Positions 38,951 to 53,332 of a stretch of DNA of 64,000 nt are shown piece after piece. The position numbers and the translations under genes were made by a program. The notes beneath the pieces are model-generated. The model had not been told where the DNA came from. It saw only the letters and a program-made list of their open reading frames with translations, and searched no databases. The stretch comes from Eledone cirrhosa (taxonomy: Eukaryota), in the NCBI GenBank assembly GCA_964016885.1, contig OZ024740.1:303800001-303864000 (forward strand), in the 5' to 3' direction. How positions within the stretch are numbered: position 1 is the stretch's first letter; each line of letters opens with the position of its first letter.

Positions 38951-39299
38951 ATGTTTTTGGAGGAAATTTATGTAGTGTGTGCAGTGCAGCGTTGGATGCA
39001 AAACAAATGGATGCAAAACAAATGGATGCAAAACAAAAATTCGTGGGCTTTCTTTCTGGAAATACTTCTTACAAAATCATCATGGTAGAGATCCTTTGAG
39101 CAAAGGACTAAAAAGATCGTATGTCGGGTTGAATGGAAGCCATACTGGTTGAGACAGGTTAACAGCTCGGATGTTCTGTCTCTTTTTTTTTTTTTTTTTT
39201 TGCAGGATTTTGTTTATTGGATGCTTTACACAGTGGGGGAAGAGGAAGAAATAACAAAAATGTCCATCATATAGTATCATAATTGCATTTATTTGTGCT

Positions 39300-40523
39300 A
39301 GATGAAGAGAATACTTTGTTGATATCCTAAACGCAGTCACAGCAGCATCTTTTGATCTACACGAGATGTATCTGGGAGCAATAACTAAACTCTCAGGGGA
39401 TGAGGTTACAAGAGCAATTAAAGAGTTCAAATGTAGCATGGCTGCTGGGGAGGATGAAATTCGGCCTGAGATGTTAAAAGCTTTAAATAGAGAAGGTATT
39501 CTCTGGCTGACTCATGTGTGCCAGGTGGCCTGGGTCTCTGGAAAGGCACCTAAACAATGACAATCGGGAGTGATAATTCCAATTTTCAAAAAAGGAGACA
39601 AGAGAGATTCTCCGATTACAGAGAGATCTCTTTGTTAAGCCTCCCAAGCAAAGTCTATACTAAATGTCTAGCAAAGGGATGTAGGGAGATTGTTGAGAGT
39701 CCAAGGGTGAGGACTGCCACCTCTCCTGTTCATAAGCTTTATGAATTGGATTGAGATGCGCAGCCGGGTTGAGAGTGGTAACAAAACTGATGGGTGTAGG
39801 ATCAGTTGGCTGGAATTTGCAGGCGACATGGTATTACTTAACTCGTCAGAAGGTGATCTCCGACATGCACTTGTTGATATGTTTGATGCCGAGTGTTGCA
39901 AGGCTGGAATTAAAATCAGTGCTACGAAGATTGAGACACTCGTTTTCCCAAGGATGTCTGCACACTCCACTCTTCATATGAGTGGAGTTCCACTGACTCA
40001 GGTGGAGAAGTTCAAGTATCTCGGGGCTGTATTCACGAGTGATTGAAGACAGGAAACTAAATAAAGAGCAAGAATTGCAGAAGCTGGTGCAATAATGTGT
40101 CACCTTCAACATTCGGTAATCAGAAAAAAAGAGATAGGTGTAGAAGCCAAACTCACTATCTTTAATTCAGTATCCATGCCAAGTTTTACCTATTGTCATG
40201 AATCTTGGGTAATGACCGGTAGAATACAACCGCGAATACAAGCATCCGAAACGGGGTTCCTCCGAAGGGTCTTTGGAGTAACGTTACTCGATAGAATACG
40301 TAGCTCGGAGATCAGAGAGTCACTTCAGGTGGAGCCGCTACTCTCCGAATTAAGAGATCACTATGGGTGTCTGGTTAGAATGTCTCGGGAAAGAATCACT
40401 GGACAGATGATTTTATGGGCAAAACCAACCGACAGGAGACCCAGGGGTAGACCCCGAGCAAGATGGTTGAATAACATCCATGAACGCCGCTGAAGAAGAA
40501 GAAGAAGAAGAAGAAGAAGAAGA
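39300..40523 (+). mobile_element. Decayed RTE-clade LINE with (GAA)n tail (related 3' fragments on - strand at 31990-32300, 46685-47090, 49490-49730)
   Basis: AAGEDEIRPEMLK, YREISLLSLPSKVY, FKYLG, RPRGRPRARW motifs. Confidence 0.85.
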
Positions 40524-41185
40524 GTGTCTTCGATGCCGAGAAATACAGCATTTATTTTTCTGTGTAACTTTATAATAAAATAACAAAAAGAATTTGTTTT
40601 TGTGAATATTGTGCAGTAAGCCTCTATAGTATGCTATAATTTCAATAGATATCCTAATAAAATAGATTTCTCTAAATTTTTACAAATTTATTTGGTATTT
40701 GACGGCGAATTGGCAGAGTCGTTAGAACGTCGGCTAGAATACTTTGCAGTATTCGTTTCGGCTCTCTTCTTTCTGAGTTCAAATCCCGCCGAGGTCAACT
40801 ATGCCTTTCGTCTTTTCGAGGTAAATAAAAAAAAGTACTAGTCTGGTACTGGAATTGATTCTTCCTCTATATCTCTTTCTCACTCTCTCTCTCTCTCACT
40901 CTCTCTATCTTTTTCTGGAAGAAAACTGTTGTGTTCAGACCTGGAGAGGAGATAGGCTCCACTAGGCTTAAAATGCCCAAGAGTCGCTCTATATCACTAC
41001 GACGCCCCTACGACTCTATTAGGAGTAACGGAACTATCACATATCATATTTGGTATAGATAAAATATTTTCGTATTAAAAACTTATTCCGTAGAATATGA
41101 AGCATAATAATATAAAACCTTCCAATTTTATTGAATACGAGCGGGCTGACACACGGACGGACGAACACCATTCGACTTTTATTTA

Positions 41186-41530
41186 TCTATATATTACTAA
41201 AACTCTGTGATTGTGTGCTTGTCTGTAATTTAATACAGCCAAAACGGCACATAATGGAAAAATACTTTGAAAGGAAGTTGCCCCTGAAATAGGAATACAA
41301 ATGGAATAAAACAAGTTTCACGTAAATCAGAGCGTGGGTTACCGGGTACCGTCATAAATAGAAAGAGAGAAAGATAGAGAGAAAGTGATAGTGGTTGTGA
41401 GAGCGTAGATTGAAAGAAAGACATGTTTGGTATATTTTAATTATATAAAAATTATTTTTAAGTGGACAAGATTTTTATTTTTAATTTTTAAGTAAAGTGA
41501 CCCAATGGGTCGGGGGGGGGGGGGGTCTAG
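41186..41530 (+). mobile_element. Short non-autonomous Helitron-like element
   Basis: 5' TCtatatattactaaaa; 3' gacccaatgggtc hairpin and CTAG. Confidence 0.55.
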
Positions 41531-42571
41531 TATAGATTAAGTGCAAGGTAGGATTTTTTTTTTATTTAGTTGCTAAGATATGTTCTTTATTTTTCCTGTT
41601 GTATAGATAATTTAGGCACAAAGACCAACAAATTTTGAGAGGACAACGTTGGTTAAATCATCACCAGTACTTGACTTGACTGGTACGTTATTTTATCGAC
41701 CCTAGAAGGATGAAAGGCAAAGTTGACCTTAGCAGGATTTGAACTCAGGGCGTAGAAATCGTAATCAAATAGCGCAAAACATTTTGTCCGACGTTCTTAC
41801 CAATACTGCTAATCCACCGTCGTTTTTGTTGGCTAGATATTAGATATGAAAGATTGTAGAATAGTGGCAGTATCGGTAGAGCGTCGAACAACTTGGAGTT
41901 ACGGCCTTTTACGTTCTGAGTTAAAATCCCGCCGAGGTTAGCTTTGTCCTTACAAAGTCGATAAATAAAGCACCAGTAACACACTGGAGTCGATTTAATT
42001 GACTTTCCCCTCCCTCTTCAAATTGCTGGCCTTGTGCTTAAAGTAGAAACAATTATTAGATAAAATAAGCGTGGTGGGTTGGCAGAATCGGCAAAATCGG
42101 CGATATTCGTTCCGTATCTTTAGGTTCTGAGTTCAAATCTGACTGAGGTCAACTTTATCTTTCATTCTTCCGATATCGATAAAATTAAGAACTGAGATCG
42201 ATATAAACGACTTTTCCCTTCTCTAAATTGCCGGCCTTGTCCTTAAATCAGAAAACATTATTAGACAAGATACACATATGTTGTAAAAATTTATGATGTG
42301 TGAAATTAAACATGAACTTATTCATATTAAAATATATCTAAAATGAATTATTTGTACATTACACTGTTTATTATAATTCCGATACGATTGCATAAGCCAA
42401 TTATATTAACGGATTAAATTAACTTGGGCATTTCATTTACATATGAACAAAAGTTAATAGACTGAAAAGTTAATAGACTGTAGAGCTTTTCTATTCCTAA
42501 ATCACATAAATAACTTTTAATATATTATGTGAACACCCATCAATTTTAATGACACAGCCCACACAGACACT

Positions 42572-43461
42572 TTCTTCTTCTTCTTCTTCTTCTTCTTCTT
42601 CTTCGGTCATCCGATGCGTTGAAGTGGTGATAAGGCATTGACAAAGTTCGAGCTCCATACACCTCAGTCAACCATTGCAACACGCAGATCCGTTCCTTCG
42701 AGGCATGTGTCCATCTCGATAATTGATTTCAAGATTATATACGGTCAGTCAACCTGTCTCTTTGCTTCCGGAATCCAGAGGAGCAATCTTTCAGCTAGTT
42801 CATTATGGCAAGTGACATGGCTGGCACCGGCTAGACGACGACGCCTCACAGCATCAGAGATGCGAGGCGGGGATCCATATAGAGACTTCTTTGTTGGATG
42901 ACGTCACCAGTAAATGCTGTATGCTGAGCATAGCATTCTGGTGTTTGTACCATCAAGTTTATTGCGGCGAACAGCATTCAACGTCCCCGACTCCGAACCA
43001 TACAGAAGAATCGGTTTTTTTTATACATGCCAGAAACACCCTTGTTTTTTTGTGTCCTTGGTGATGGCCGCCTTCCACACACTCTGCAAAGAGTGAAGCA
43101 CAGTCTACGACTGAGCAATCCTAACATCCATGTCACGGCCAGAATCAATATAACCACCCAGATACTTGAAATCACTCACGAGTTCGATATCTAAGCCATC
43201 TGGTGCGTTCAGGTGCTCATTGGTAGATGGATTCAAGTGCATGTACTTCGTCTTTGGTGCATTCAGAAACAGACCAGCACACTGCATGCCTTCTCAACTC
43301 TGATGAGGAGATCATGTGCAGCTTCTATCGAATTTTCGAGAAGCACAGCACAATGTCGTCAGTGTAGCCAATATCAGGTATGACATCAGTAGAATGACGG
43401 GGCTATGACGTCGTCTCAGAGTCAGACCAGCAGTTTCAGTGATCGAAGTGCGTATTGCATA
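42572..43461 (-). mobile_element. 5'-truncated decayed RTE-like LINE with (GAA)n tail
   Basis: GLFLNAPKTKYM, VSDFKYLG, degenerate YTDD; (ttc)n at 42572-42604. Confidence 0.75.
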
Positions 43462-43469
43462 GTTTAGAC

Positions 43470-44023
43470 CAGCATTTCTCATCCTTTTTACCCTTGTGGA
43501 ACCCTTGAAATAACTTTCACGTCTCAGGGAACCCCTGCATAAAAATTATTATATACCATTATTAATATCTATCAAATTTTTTGGTTGGCCCTTGTGGTGC
43601 GGCATGCGGCCGATTGCCGCACTTGGTGGTATTGATGGTTGTTTTTGTGTTTATTTTTTCCTTTTCTTTTTCTCTCACTTTGATCATATATTTTTGTGCA
43701 TTATATTTGTGAGGTTTCTAACAGTAATTAATTGTATTTATTATATATGTTTATATTTTCATTCTGTAAGAATTATACACAATTTGTAATGTTATTTATA
43801 CAACTGTGAATATTAAGAATTATATATATTTTTTTTTAATCTATCTCTTTTACATAGTATTGAAGTCTTTATTATAATAACCTGGGGTTCTCCAATATGC
43901 CGTATATGTATAGTAAAAATTACTCAAAAATTCATTAGCTTATTTATCAGTGTTTCTCGCGGAACCCCTAGCGACCTCTTGCGGAACCCTGGGGTTTCGG
44001 GGAAAACTGGTTGAGAAACGCTG
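43470..44023. mobile_element. hAT (Charlie-like) MITE
   Basis: TIRs cagcatttctca / tgagaaacgctg; TSD gtttagac / gtatagac. Confidence 0.8.
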
Positions 44024-44102
44024 GTATAGACAGATGATGTAAAAGAATTGGAGCACACGCGCACACACATACACACACACACATATGTGTGAGAGAGAGA
44101 GG

Positions 44103-44192
<90 letters not shown>

Positions 44193-44695
44193 CAAAAATA
44201 TTCGTGGTTAAAAAAAAGGAAGGAAAAATGTGCTCAATCTAGTGTAAGAGAGCTGATATATTATTTATATATGTTCATACACAGAACAAGTAAAGTGTTG
44301 CCTTAGGTTACAAGGTCCAGTTATGGCCGCCCCTGTAGACTGTACGAAGTGATGCAGAATGCGTGGAGGAACGATCGAAAAACTTCAAAAAAAAACTGAT
44401 TTTAACAGAAATTCATATTTGGTTTAGGGGAGATAACTTCTGTGTTAAAATATCATCTGTTCCCTCTAGCTGGTAAAAAGAGAAGGAAAATGGGAATAAG
44501 TTGGAGAAAGTAGGTATTATGTGTGGTAAGAGCAGCTATATGACCAATTGTTTTTGAATATTGCGAGGTACTTATAATGAGTGAAATGTTGAAAGAGGCG
44601 AGTGTAAGAATATAGTATTAGTTTGAGAGACAGTATAAGCATGTGGGTAATTTTTATGTGGGCTTTCTGTTTAGTTGTGTAGAATGTCTGAGGGT

Positions 44696-46178
44696 AATAA
44701 TAATAATAATAATGAAATTATTGTGTACAGTGCTCAGGTGCACTACAACTCATCAAAGGTGCATGTATAGTACATAGAATAATAAAGTGTCAGGAAAATG
44801 AACAGTGTATGAGTCATGATATAATAACAATAACAATAATGAAATATTGTGTACAGTGCCCAGGTGCACCACAACTCATCAAAAAAGTGCATGTACAGTA
44901 CATAGGGCAATGCAAAAACATCAGTAAAATGAACAGTGCACGAGTCATGATACACACATGTGTGCATGTGTATGGAAGGGGTACATCAGGTGTAGTTTTG
45001 GCGTATTTCGGGAAGCATGAGTGTCTTAAAGGATGCAGTGTCTCGGCAGCTAACAATTGACGCAGGCAGTTTGTTCCATGCTTCAGCAACTCTGAGCGTG
45101 AAAAAATGTCTACGAAAGTCATGGGAGCTGTGCTGTTTTCTGATCTTGTAGGCATGTCCACGTGTGTTCACACATGGAGATCAAAGAGGCGCTCAGGGTT
45201 GCAATTGGCGAGATGGTTAAAAACTTTGTGGGTATTCACCAAGTCCATTGCCAGACGTCGGAGCTTCAATGAATCCATGCCCAGGGAAACAAGGCGTTCA
45301 GAGTATGGTAGGTGTCTGGTGGAGGGTATGCGCTTGGTTGCACGTCTCTGAACAGTTTCCAGGAGGTCAATGTTCTGAGCAAGATAGGGGTTCCAGACTG
45401 ATGATGCGAATTCCAAGTGTGGTCGCACCATAGCTGTATACAGTTTTAAATAGATGGCTGGAGAGCGGCTAACAAAGGTCTTGCTGAGTGATGCCAAGAC
45501 ACCCTCGGCCTTCTTGACAATCTTAGAGACATGCTTTGTCCAACGCAAATCGTTGCTGACAGTAATGCCCAGGTCACGTTCACAAGAGGACTTTTTGATA
45601 TCAGTGTTGTGGAGGGAGTATGTGGACGCTGTATTTTTCCTTCCAAAATGCATGGTGGTACACTTGTCCACAGCCAGCTTCAGTTGCCAGTCTGTGATCC
45701 ATTGCTGCATTGTGTCCAGGTCTGATTGTAGGAAAGAGTTGTAAATTTCAGGACCAGTCCTTTTGATTTCAAGGTACAGCTTGATGTCATCTGCATATTT
45801 TAGTACCGTGGCATTCTGTAAGTTGGCATCTATGTCATTAATATATGCCACAAACAAAAGAGGACCAAGAACAGATCCCTGTGGTACACCAGATGACATC
45901 TCATATGGTGAAGAATGCTGACCCAGAACCGTGACTACTTCTTTTCGGCTGAGAATGAAGGATTTCAACCAGTCGAAAAGATCATCCCTCACACCCATTG
46001 CAGAGAGTTTTGCCATAAGCCTTTTGTGTGGCACAGAATTAAAAGCCTTAGCAAAGTCAAGGTAAACAACATCCACCCATGAGCCGCTGTCAGTGATCCG
46101 GGTGATGTCCTCAAGGAACTCGATAAGCTGATCACAGCAGCTGGAGTTAGGGATAAATCCAAACTGTGATGTTTCCAT
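44696..46178 (-). mobile_element. 5'-truncated CR1-clade LINE (RT domain) with duplicated 3' terminus and (ATT)n tail; related 3' fragment on + strand at about 54560-54996
   Basis: DVVYLDFAKAFNSVPH, SGVPQGSVLGPLLF, YADD, ERDLG, VRPHLEFA motifs. Confidence 0.9.
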
Positions 46179-47260
46179 AAAGAGAACATGTTTTTTGTTT
46201 GTTGTTTTACTTTTTTTATTTTTAGATGCAAACAGAAACAGGTATTCATTGGGCCTTTCCCAGCGTTTACCCAGCTATTTCTGTATGTGTCCGCATCACT
46301 AGCTAAACAAGACAGTACACCTGTCATTTTCCTATTACACAACAACCACTACCACCGCCTTTGGTCTCTGATAAGCGGTAATTGATTCTTGGAAGTCAAG
46401 CACTCTGCAAATTTAAATAATCGTTGCATTTCTAACATATAGGTTTCATAGACTAAGACTAACGTGTTTAAGCCACTGTCGGAGCTGGTCTATCCTCCCC
46501 AGTGCTATATATAAAGCTTATCAGCTGATGAATATGAAATAGTACAAATTCATGAACGAAGATTCTATGCGGTCAATCGACCAACTAAAAATTGCAGCCA
46601 AATATCCCTCCAATCATACACCATATTGTTTCAAGTAATGAAAAATGCAATAGATAATGAATGTTGTATCGTGATAAAAAAAAGACTTCTTCTTCTTCTT
46701 CTTCTTCTTCTTCTCCCACATATTCCTGAGAAGATCGTGGGGGCAGAGTCCTCAAACACTCCTTCCAGTGGGCCCTGTCAGAAGTAACCGTCTCCAACTG
46801 ATCCGGCTGGATCCACAACTGAGACCAACCGAGCTCATGGATGTTATCCAACTATCTTGCTCGGGGTCTGCCACCGGGTCTACTGCTGATTGGTTTTACC
46901 CGTAAAATCTGTCCAGCGATTCTACCGTGAGACATTCTAACTGCATGCTCATAGTATCGGACCTGTTATCTCTCAATTTGGAGGAGTAGCGGCTCTACCA
47001 GAAGTGACTTTCTGCTCTCCGAACTACGCACTCTATAGAGTAACGTTACTCATTTCGGCTCCTTGTATTCGCGATCGTATCCTTTCGGTCATTAAAATAA
47101 TGAAAGATACAATAGATAATAAAAAGACTTGTTGATAATAATTAGAATGCATCTGATCATAGGTCTGCTCAATCAGGTTTGACTTCAAGCTAAATAAATT
47201 TAGAATAAAAATCGAAAACAAATCTGAATTAGTCCTTTAGAGTTATTTCCCTTGAATCGT

Positions 47261-47271
47261 AAAATGGCGGC
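47261..47271 (+). promoter_or_regulatory. YY1-like AAAATGGCGGC motif upstream of GFM2; its ATG opens a 17-codon out-of-frame uORF (47264-47317)
   Basis: Sequence aaaatggcggc; ATG lies 79 nt before the main ATG. Confidence 0.5.
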
Positions 47272-47342
47272 GCCGGATTATATTCACGTGTTGACATTTA
47301 AGTTGATAAAATTATAAGCAAATTCGTTTTCTAACTTTTACA

Positions 47343-47604
47343 ATGTCATTAGTTATTGGCAAGAGAATTGTGCGATATCCAATAGAGTTTTTTAAAGCAA
47401 TACAATTGCATCGCAATAGAGCTGCTACCTTCCGAAGGTGTTTCGATACAACTGCATGTAAACATTCTTCCATAAAAAATGCCTTTTCAAAGGACATTGA
47501 CATTGCAAAAATACGAAATATCGGGATTCTGGCCCATATCGATGGCGGCAAAACCACAACCACTGAAAGAATTCTCTATTATACTGGTTTTACTCGATTC
47601 TTAG
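47343..47604 (+). CDS. GFM2: Mitochondrial elongation factor G2 / ribosome-releasing factor 2, exon 1
   Basis: Basic presequence-like N-terminus then [26 protein letters not shown] (G1 box); donor G|gtatgt. Confidence 0.92.
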
Positions 47605-47706
47605 GTATGTTTATTGTGATTCCAAAAGATTCATTTCGAAATTCAGTCTAATGAATGTGTCATTGATTGATCTTGACGGTAGTATATATACATTGATGGG
47701 TATATT

Positions 47707-48385
47707 TATAGAACACCCCACTCGATTTCAGTGGGGGGAATATTTTTTCCTCGATTTTTTCATGTGCTATCAACTAATCTAACCTCCAACATTCCGGCAA
47801 TCGATTTTTTTTCGAACGGAGATGGTGGGGTGTGTCTTCCTCAGAGTTTCCCTACGACGTTTTTGTTTTCGTGTGTTTTCAACATGTAGGACCTCCAAAC
47901 CAATTGGAAACGACGAGATTTGTTGAAAAAGTAAGGTGAAAGAAAGGGGGCGAAAAGACCATCGGAGTTTTGCAGATCGACATACCTCTCGCGTTTGGTG
48001 GGAAATGATTATCTTATTATCTTTCCATTTAGATGCTTGCAATCGATTTTTTGCCGAAAAACAAAAACCCTAAACCTAACCCTGGGAAAAAGTCGATTGT
48101 AAGCATCAAAGAGGTCCAGAAAAAATCACGGAAAGATAATTATTTCCCACTTAACGCGAGAGGTGTGTAGATCTGCGAAACTCCTATGGTGTTTTCACCA
48201 CCACCACCCTTTTTTCTACAAATCTAGTCGGTTTGGAGGACAAAAGAAAATCGTAGGAAAAACTCCGTTCTCCTGAGAAAATGTCGATTGCCAGAATCTT
48301 TGAGGTTACATTACTTGATAGCACACGAAAAACCCAAGGAAAAAAAAAGGTTCCCCACTGAAATTGAGTGGGATGTTCTTCTATA
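47707..48385. mobile_element. Long-TIR fold-back DNA element (Mutator-like MITE) in GFM2 intron 1
   Basis: cccactcgatttcagtgggg / ccccactgaaattgagtggg, with further degenerate inverted blocks inward. Confidence 0.65.
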
Positions 48386-49944
48386 ATAATTGTTTCTACT
48401 CTTGGCACAAGGCCAGCAATTACTCAGGGCATTACTGGTACTTTATTTTATCGACCCCGTAAGGTTGAAAGGCAAAGTTAACCTTTTGAACTCAGAATGT
48501 AAAGGGCCGTAACTCTATGCTGCAAAGCATGGCGTCCGACCCACTGCCTATACTGCCAAACCACCTATTAATGTTATACTGTATTGATACAAAACATCTC
48601 TAATATTCCGATGTTTAAGCTAAAGAAAAGACTGACCAATCAGTCAGTTCTTCTATAAAAGTTTGGTTATATAACTAGTTGATTGTTCTTGCCCATACCA
48701 GTCGAGCAGCTCTATAACTAAACTCATTCTTGACACTTCTGAGTTTTTCGCATAATCCATTCTGTTGCAAACATTCAGGCCAGGTTTCCGGTCTGGGAAT
48801 AAATTGCTCCTTTCATGCTACTAGTTTTGGGAGCTCTGAAAAAGTTCATAACTACTTCACTTCTTCCTCTAACTAAGCCTATTTCAAGGTTTCCACAAGG
48901 ATAAAGGGTTGAGAAATGTTGGTCTCGTAGGCCTCCTTCAGTCATGATTGACCATGGTTTTGCACCTAGGAAGTTCCTCTGCAAGCCTGGGCAAGGTGTG
49001 TTTGTGGAAGACCAGCAGTCACTCAAGCAGGCCAGTCTCCCCTCTCCACGCCACTGATGTTGTCCAAAGGAAAGGCAATGGCCAATACAGCTTGACACCA
49101 GTGACATTGCAACTCATTTCAACAGCTGAGTAAACTGGAGCAACATGAAATAAAGTGTTTTGCTCAAGAACACAATGTACCGCCTGTTCCAGGATTTGAA
49201 CGCACAACCTTTTGATATATTTTTATGGAGATATTGAGATAGCTAAATGCCAGAATCATATTTGCAGTATTGTTAATGTGATCTGAAGGCAAACACAGCA
49301 ATATACAAAGCATGAGCCTAAAATACAGTACAATGCCAGATTTTGGTTTGTATTGACTTCACGATTGTTCATAATATTTATCCATTACATTATTTTCATA
49401 TAAATAATTTCTTTGTGGGTATCTTGTAGAAGGCATCATTGACTGGAAGTAGAAGGGAAATAATATCACATACAGAATTTAAAGTAATTTCTTCTTCTTT
49501 GCCCACTTATTCCTGAGAGGGTCATGGGGGCAGAGTCCTCAAACACTCCTTCTGACTGGATCCCCATGTGAGACAAGCCAAGATCATGCATGTTATCCAA
49601 CTATATTGTTCAAGGTATACCCTCAGTCTCTTGCCAGTTGGTTTTGCCCATAAAATCTATCCAGCAATTCTTTCCTGAGACATTCTAACCACATACCCAT
49701 AATATCAGAGCTATGATCTCTCAAATCTAGAAGTTGATGTTTTTATAATACATATATATTGTCTTCAATCATTCTGTAGATGTCATTAGCATTATTATTT
49801 GACTTCTATTCTAAAGTAATGTGGTACATTATTATATTTTTCAGTATAATTTCATTTCTTATAGAAAAACTTGAATATAAGATTCATAAGTTAAAACTAT
49901 TCTAAAATTTGACCATTTTTTTCTCTTGAACATTATATATGTAG

Positions 49945-50073
49945 GTAATGTTGACCAAGGTACCACTGTGACTGATTATATGGAGCAGGAACGTGACAGG
50001 GGGATTACAATCACTTCAGCTGCTGTCACATGTTACTGGAAGAAGCACAAAATCAATTTAATTGACACCCCTG
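49945..50073 (+). CDS. GFM2: GFM2 exon 2
   Basis: [27 protein letters not shown]...INLIDTPG; ag/gt boundaries, phase 1/1. Confidence 0.95.
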
Positions 50074-50820
50074 GTATGTTCTTCAGCTATCCTTCTAAAA
50101 ATTTCAAACTGGTAACAAAATTTGTATTTCTCAGATTAAAAATCACTAATCTACTGGTATTTTTTACATCATGTAATATATTAAAATGGGGGGAAATAAA
50201 CCTTTATATTTAATCAGTTTCAAGATAGTAGTAAATTACAGCAGAGATTTTATCATTTTTGTAACCTAAAAATATATTACCCTACAAAACAGATGTTAGC
50301 AATATTTATCATTTTCATAATCTTCAATGTCTATCTATATGTATGTTGATGTGAATTCATAAAATATTTTCCCTCTATTTTTTTTATTAATATCAATTTA
50401 CTTTTAAACAATCTCAACAAGCTCATTCTAAAATAAGGTTGTGTGTTGTGATGAAGTAGCCACATCTTCGCATAAAACATGAACTTGGGTTATTCTACAA
50501 ATTTTATCAACAATTTTTACCGTTTCAGATCATCACTGGTTTCCTCATATTCTAGTTTATTTTTGTATCACTAACTTTCCCTATAAATAAACTAGTTTGC
50601 ATTTTTATCAAATGCTTATATTATACTTTCTTTCAAACAACTTCTTACTCACTTTATAATTGTTATAAGTTACATATATCTTCAGGTTGCTTTTTTTAAA
50701 CTTCAATGCCCACATTTCACTTTTTATATTACACTACCTATATTTCGCTGACCTCAGTTCATGCATTTTTTCTGTAATCATATTTTTCCAAAATGTTCTA
50801 TTATATGTTATTCTTTCTAG

Positions 50821-50901
50821 GTCATGTTGATTTCACTGTTGAAGTTGAACGAGCGTTGCGTGTCCTTGATGGAGCTGTCACTATACTAGATGCCTCAGCA
50901 G
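50821..50901 (+). CDS. GFM2: GFM2 exon 3 (absent from ORF track)
   Basis: ttttctag|[28 protein letters not shown]|gtatct. Confidence 0.95.
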
Positions 50902-51059
50902 GTATCTAACTGCCTTTTTAAAAATAATTGTCTCATATTCATACAGTTAGTTTTTCTTAAATGAAATATTGCACTATATTGTATTCGACATTTAAAATAT
51001 TTTTGATAGCCAGAAGGAAATAGCTATGCTCAGGTAGTACAAGTAATGTATATATTTCA

Positions 51060-51460
51060 TGCATAATAAGATTTCAAGTAAACTCTTGGATCTGCAATGT
51101 AAGTGTGAGAGAAAAGCAGAGCTTGGACGAGTTGAGGGAGAAGGTGGGTTTAGGAGGAATCTGAGGTGGTGTGCAGAAGAGAAGACTGCGTTGGTATAGA
51201 CATGTGATGTGTATGGACAATGATTGCTGGGTGAAGAAGTGTCAGGAAATGCCAGTGAAAGGAAGCCACTGTAGAGGTAGACCAAGAAAGACCTGGGCAG
51301 AGGCTCTGAAAGTTGATCTCAAATCACTGAGACTCACAATGGAGATGAGAAAGGAACATGACCAGTGGAGAGATGCCTTGCTGAAAAGGACCAGTCCAAC
51401 CCATGCAAGCATGGAAAAAGAGACGTAAAAACGATGAGGATGATGATGATGATGGTGGTG
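51060..51460 (+). mobile_element. RTE LINE 3' fragment with (GAT)n tail
   Basis: RRLRWYRHV...RGRPRKTW. Confidence 0.75.
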
Positions 51461-52066
51461 GTGGTGGTGGTGGCGGCGGCGATGACAACAAAATAATTTC
51501 AGAACACTTACAAGACTATATATAAATCCTTTTATAACTTAAGTAAGAATACAAAATAATGAATTTGATTGATTCCAGTACAGGACTAGTCATTATTTAA
51601 TCAATTTCTGTTGTGAGGTTACTCTTGTCACTAAATTGTGCTTCTGAGTAAGGTTCCTAACTCTGATTTATCCAGTTTCCAGTTTACCTGACTAGACAAA
51701 ATGCAGAGCCTGCTCTTGCTTTACAATTACATAGTTTTCAGTAGGATAGACATCATCATCATCGCCGTCGTCATTTTAATGATGATATCTATCCTACTGG
51801 AACTATGTAACTGTTGAAAAACAATTGCTCCAACAAATAATGATTCCCAATATGATAAATAGTTAAGGCTCTTAACACCTGATGAAGTGGTAGGGTACTA
51901 TTCTGTGACAGCAGAGTCCATCCCTTTCCAAGTCAGAACATAACCAATGTCTTCCAGTTAAAGAAAGAGAGCAAGAAATAGAAGATGAAGAATCAACTTT
52001 AGCACTAGACTAGTATTTTATTTATTGACCAGGAAAGGATGAAAGAAAGTTTTCCTTGGCAAGATT

Positions 52067-52302
52067 TAACCCTTTAGTTGCCAACATGACCAAAACCAGC
52101 TTGGGTTCTATGAAATAAAACCACACATTTTAAAGGTTTCCAATTTATATTAAAATTTTCCAACATAATTTTATATAAGAACCTTACATTAAGTTACTAT
52201 CTTAGTAATGAGATAATTAATAATTTTAGTAAATCCCTTAAAATTCTTCAATTAATTGAAATTGTGTGTATTTCATTAAAACTGTGGTCATGAAAGGGTT
52301 AG
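52067..52302. mobile_element. piggyBac-like MITE (others at about 57135-57602 with nested 57199-57417, and 61479-61703)
   Basis: ttaaCCCTTT...AAAGGGtta(a) termini. Confidence 0.65.
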
Positions 52303-53332
52303 ACTCAGAACATAGGAAGTAGAAACAAATACTGGGACATTTTTTTTATCTGACCCCTTAATGACTGCTAACTTGCTGCCTATAAAGCAATAATACAGTG
52401 TTGTATTGAAATGAAATAAGTAAAATAAGGTATGGAGATATGTAAATTGAAAAACAGTGCAAGAGTTGAGAAATAAAAAGGGGATTGAACATGAGACATT
52501 GGTTCATCGTCATCATTATTTAACGTCCATTTTCTATGCTAGCATGGGTAGGACGAGCTGTCCCATTGTAAGAGATTAGGTCAGAGGACCATGTTTTGCT
52601 CACACAGAACTGATTATGGCTTGGTTACTACAGCTGGATGCCCTTCCTAACGCTAACCATATTTACAGTTTATACACTATATATAACAACACATACAGAC
52701 AAATGTATTGTTACCTCTTTAACTACCTTACTAGCAGTACAGTTTTGCACATTAAGGTGGTACTGCGTTGATGTTATGCATGAGAGATGACAACAAAACA
52801 ATGAATAGACAGGAAAATTTTATGAGTGGAGTCTTACAACTAAATGAGATACATATGTGGAAATTTACAACTGAGAGTACGAACTCGCCCTTGGACAGGA
52901 TGCCTGTCCATTGCAGGGTTAAACCCCCAGCTTTTGCTGGTACTCATTTTCAGCTGAGTATACCAGAACAATGTGAAATAAAGTGCTTTGCTCAAGAATA
53001 CAACACACAACCCAGGAATCAAACCCATGACATTATGATCATTAGTCAATACCCTACCACTAGCCTTCACACACATACATATATATATATGCTTTTTGTA
53101 ACATTAACACTGATGTAAGTAGTCATAATTTCTGTATTTCATCGATAAAAAGTCAATTTTTCCCTACTCCTGGTGTTTTTTGTTGCATATTTGTGTGGAA
53201 ACAAGACATATTTTCAAGTTAGATGGATATAGGCAAGATCACAATATCTTCAACAAATTTAAACTCATAATTGATAAGCTGTTAACATTATACAATGGCT
53301 ATAGTAAATTTGTTTTAAATGTTCTTTTAAAG

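Noticed and set aside
46525-46546. CTGATGA-atat-GAAA motif
   Set aside because: No convincing stems I and III.
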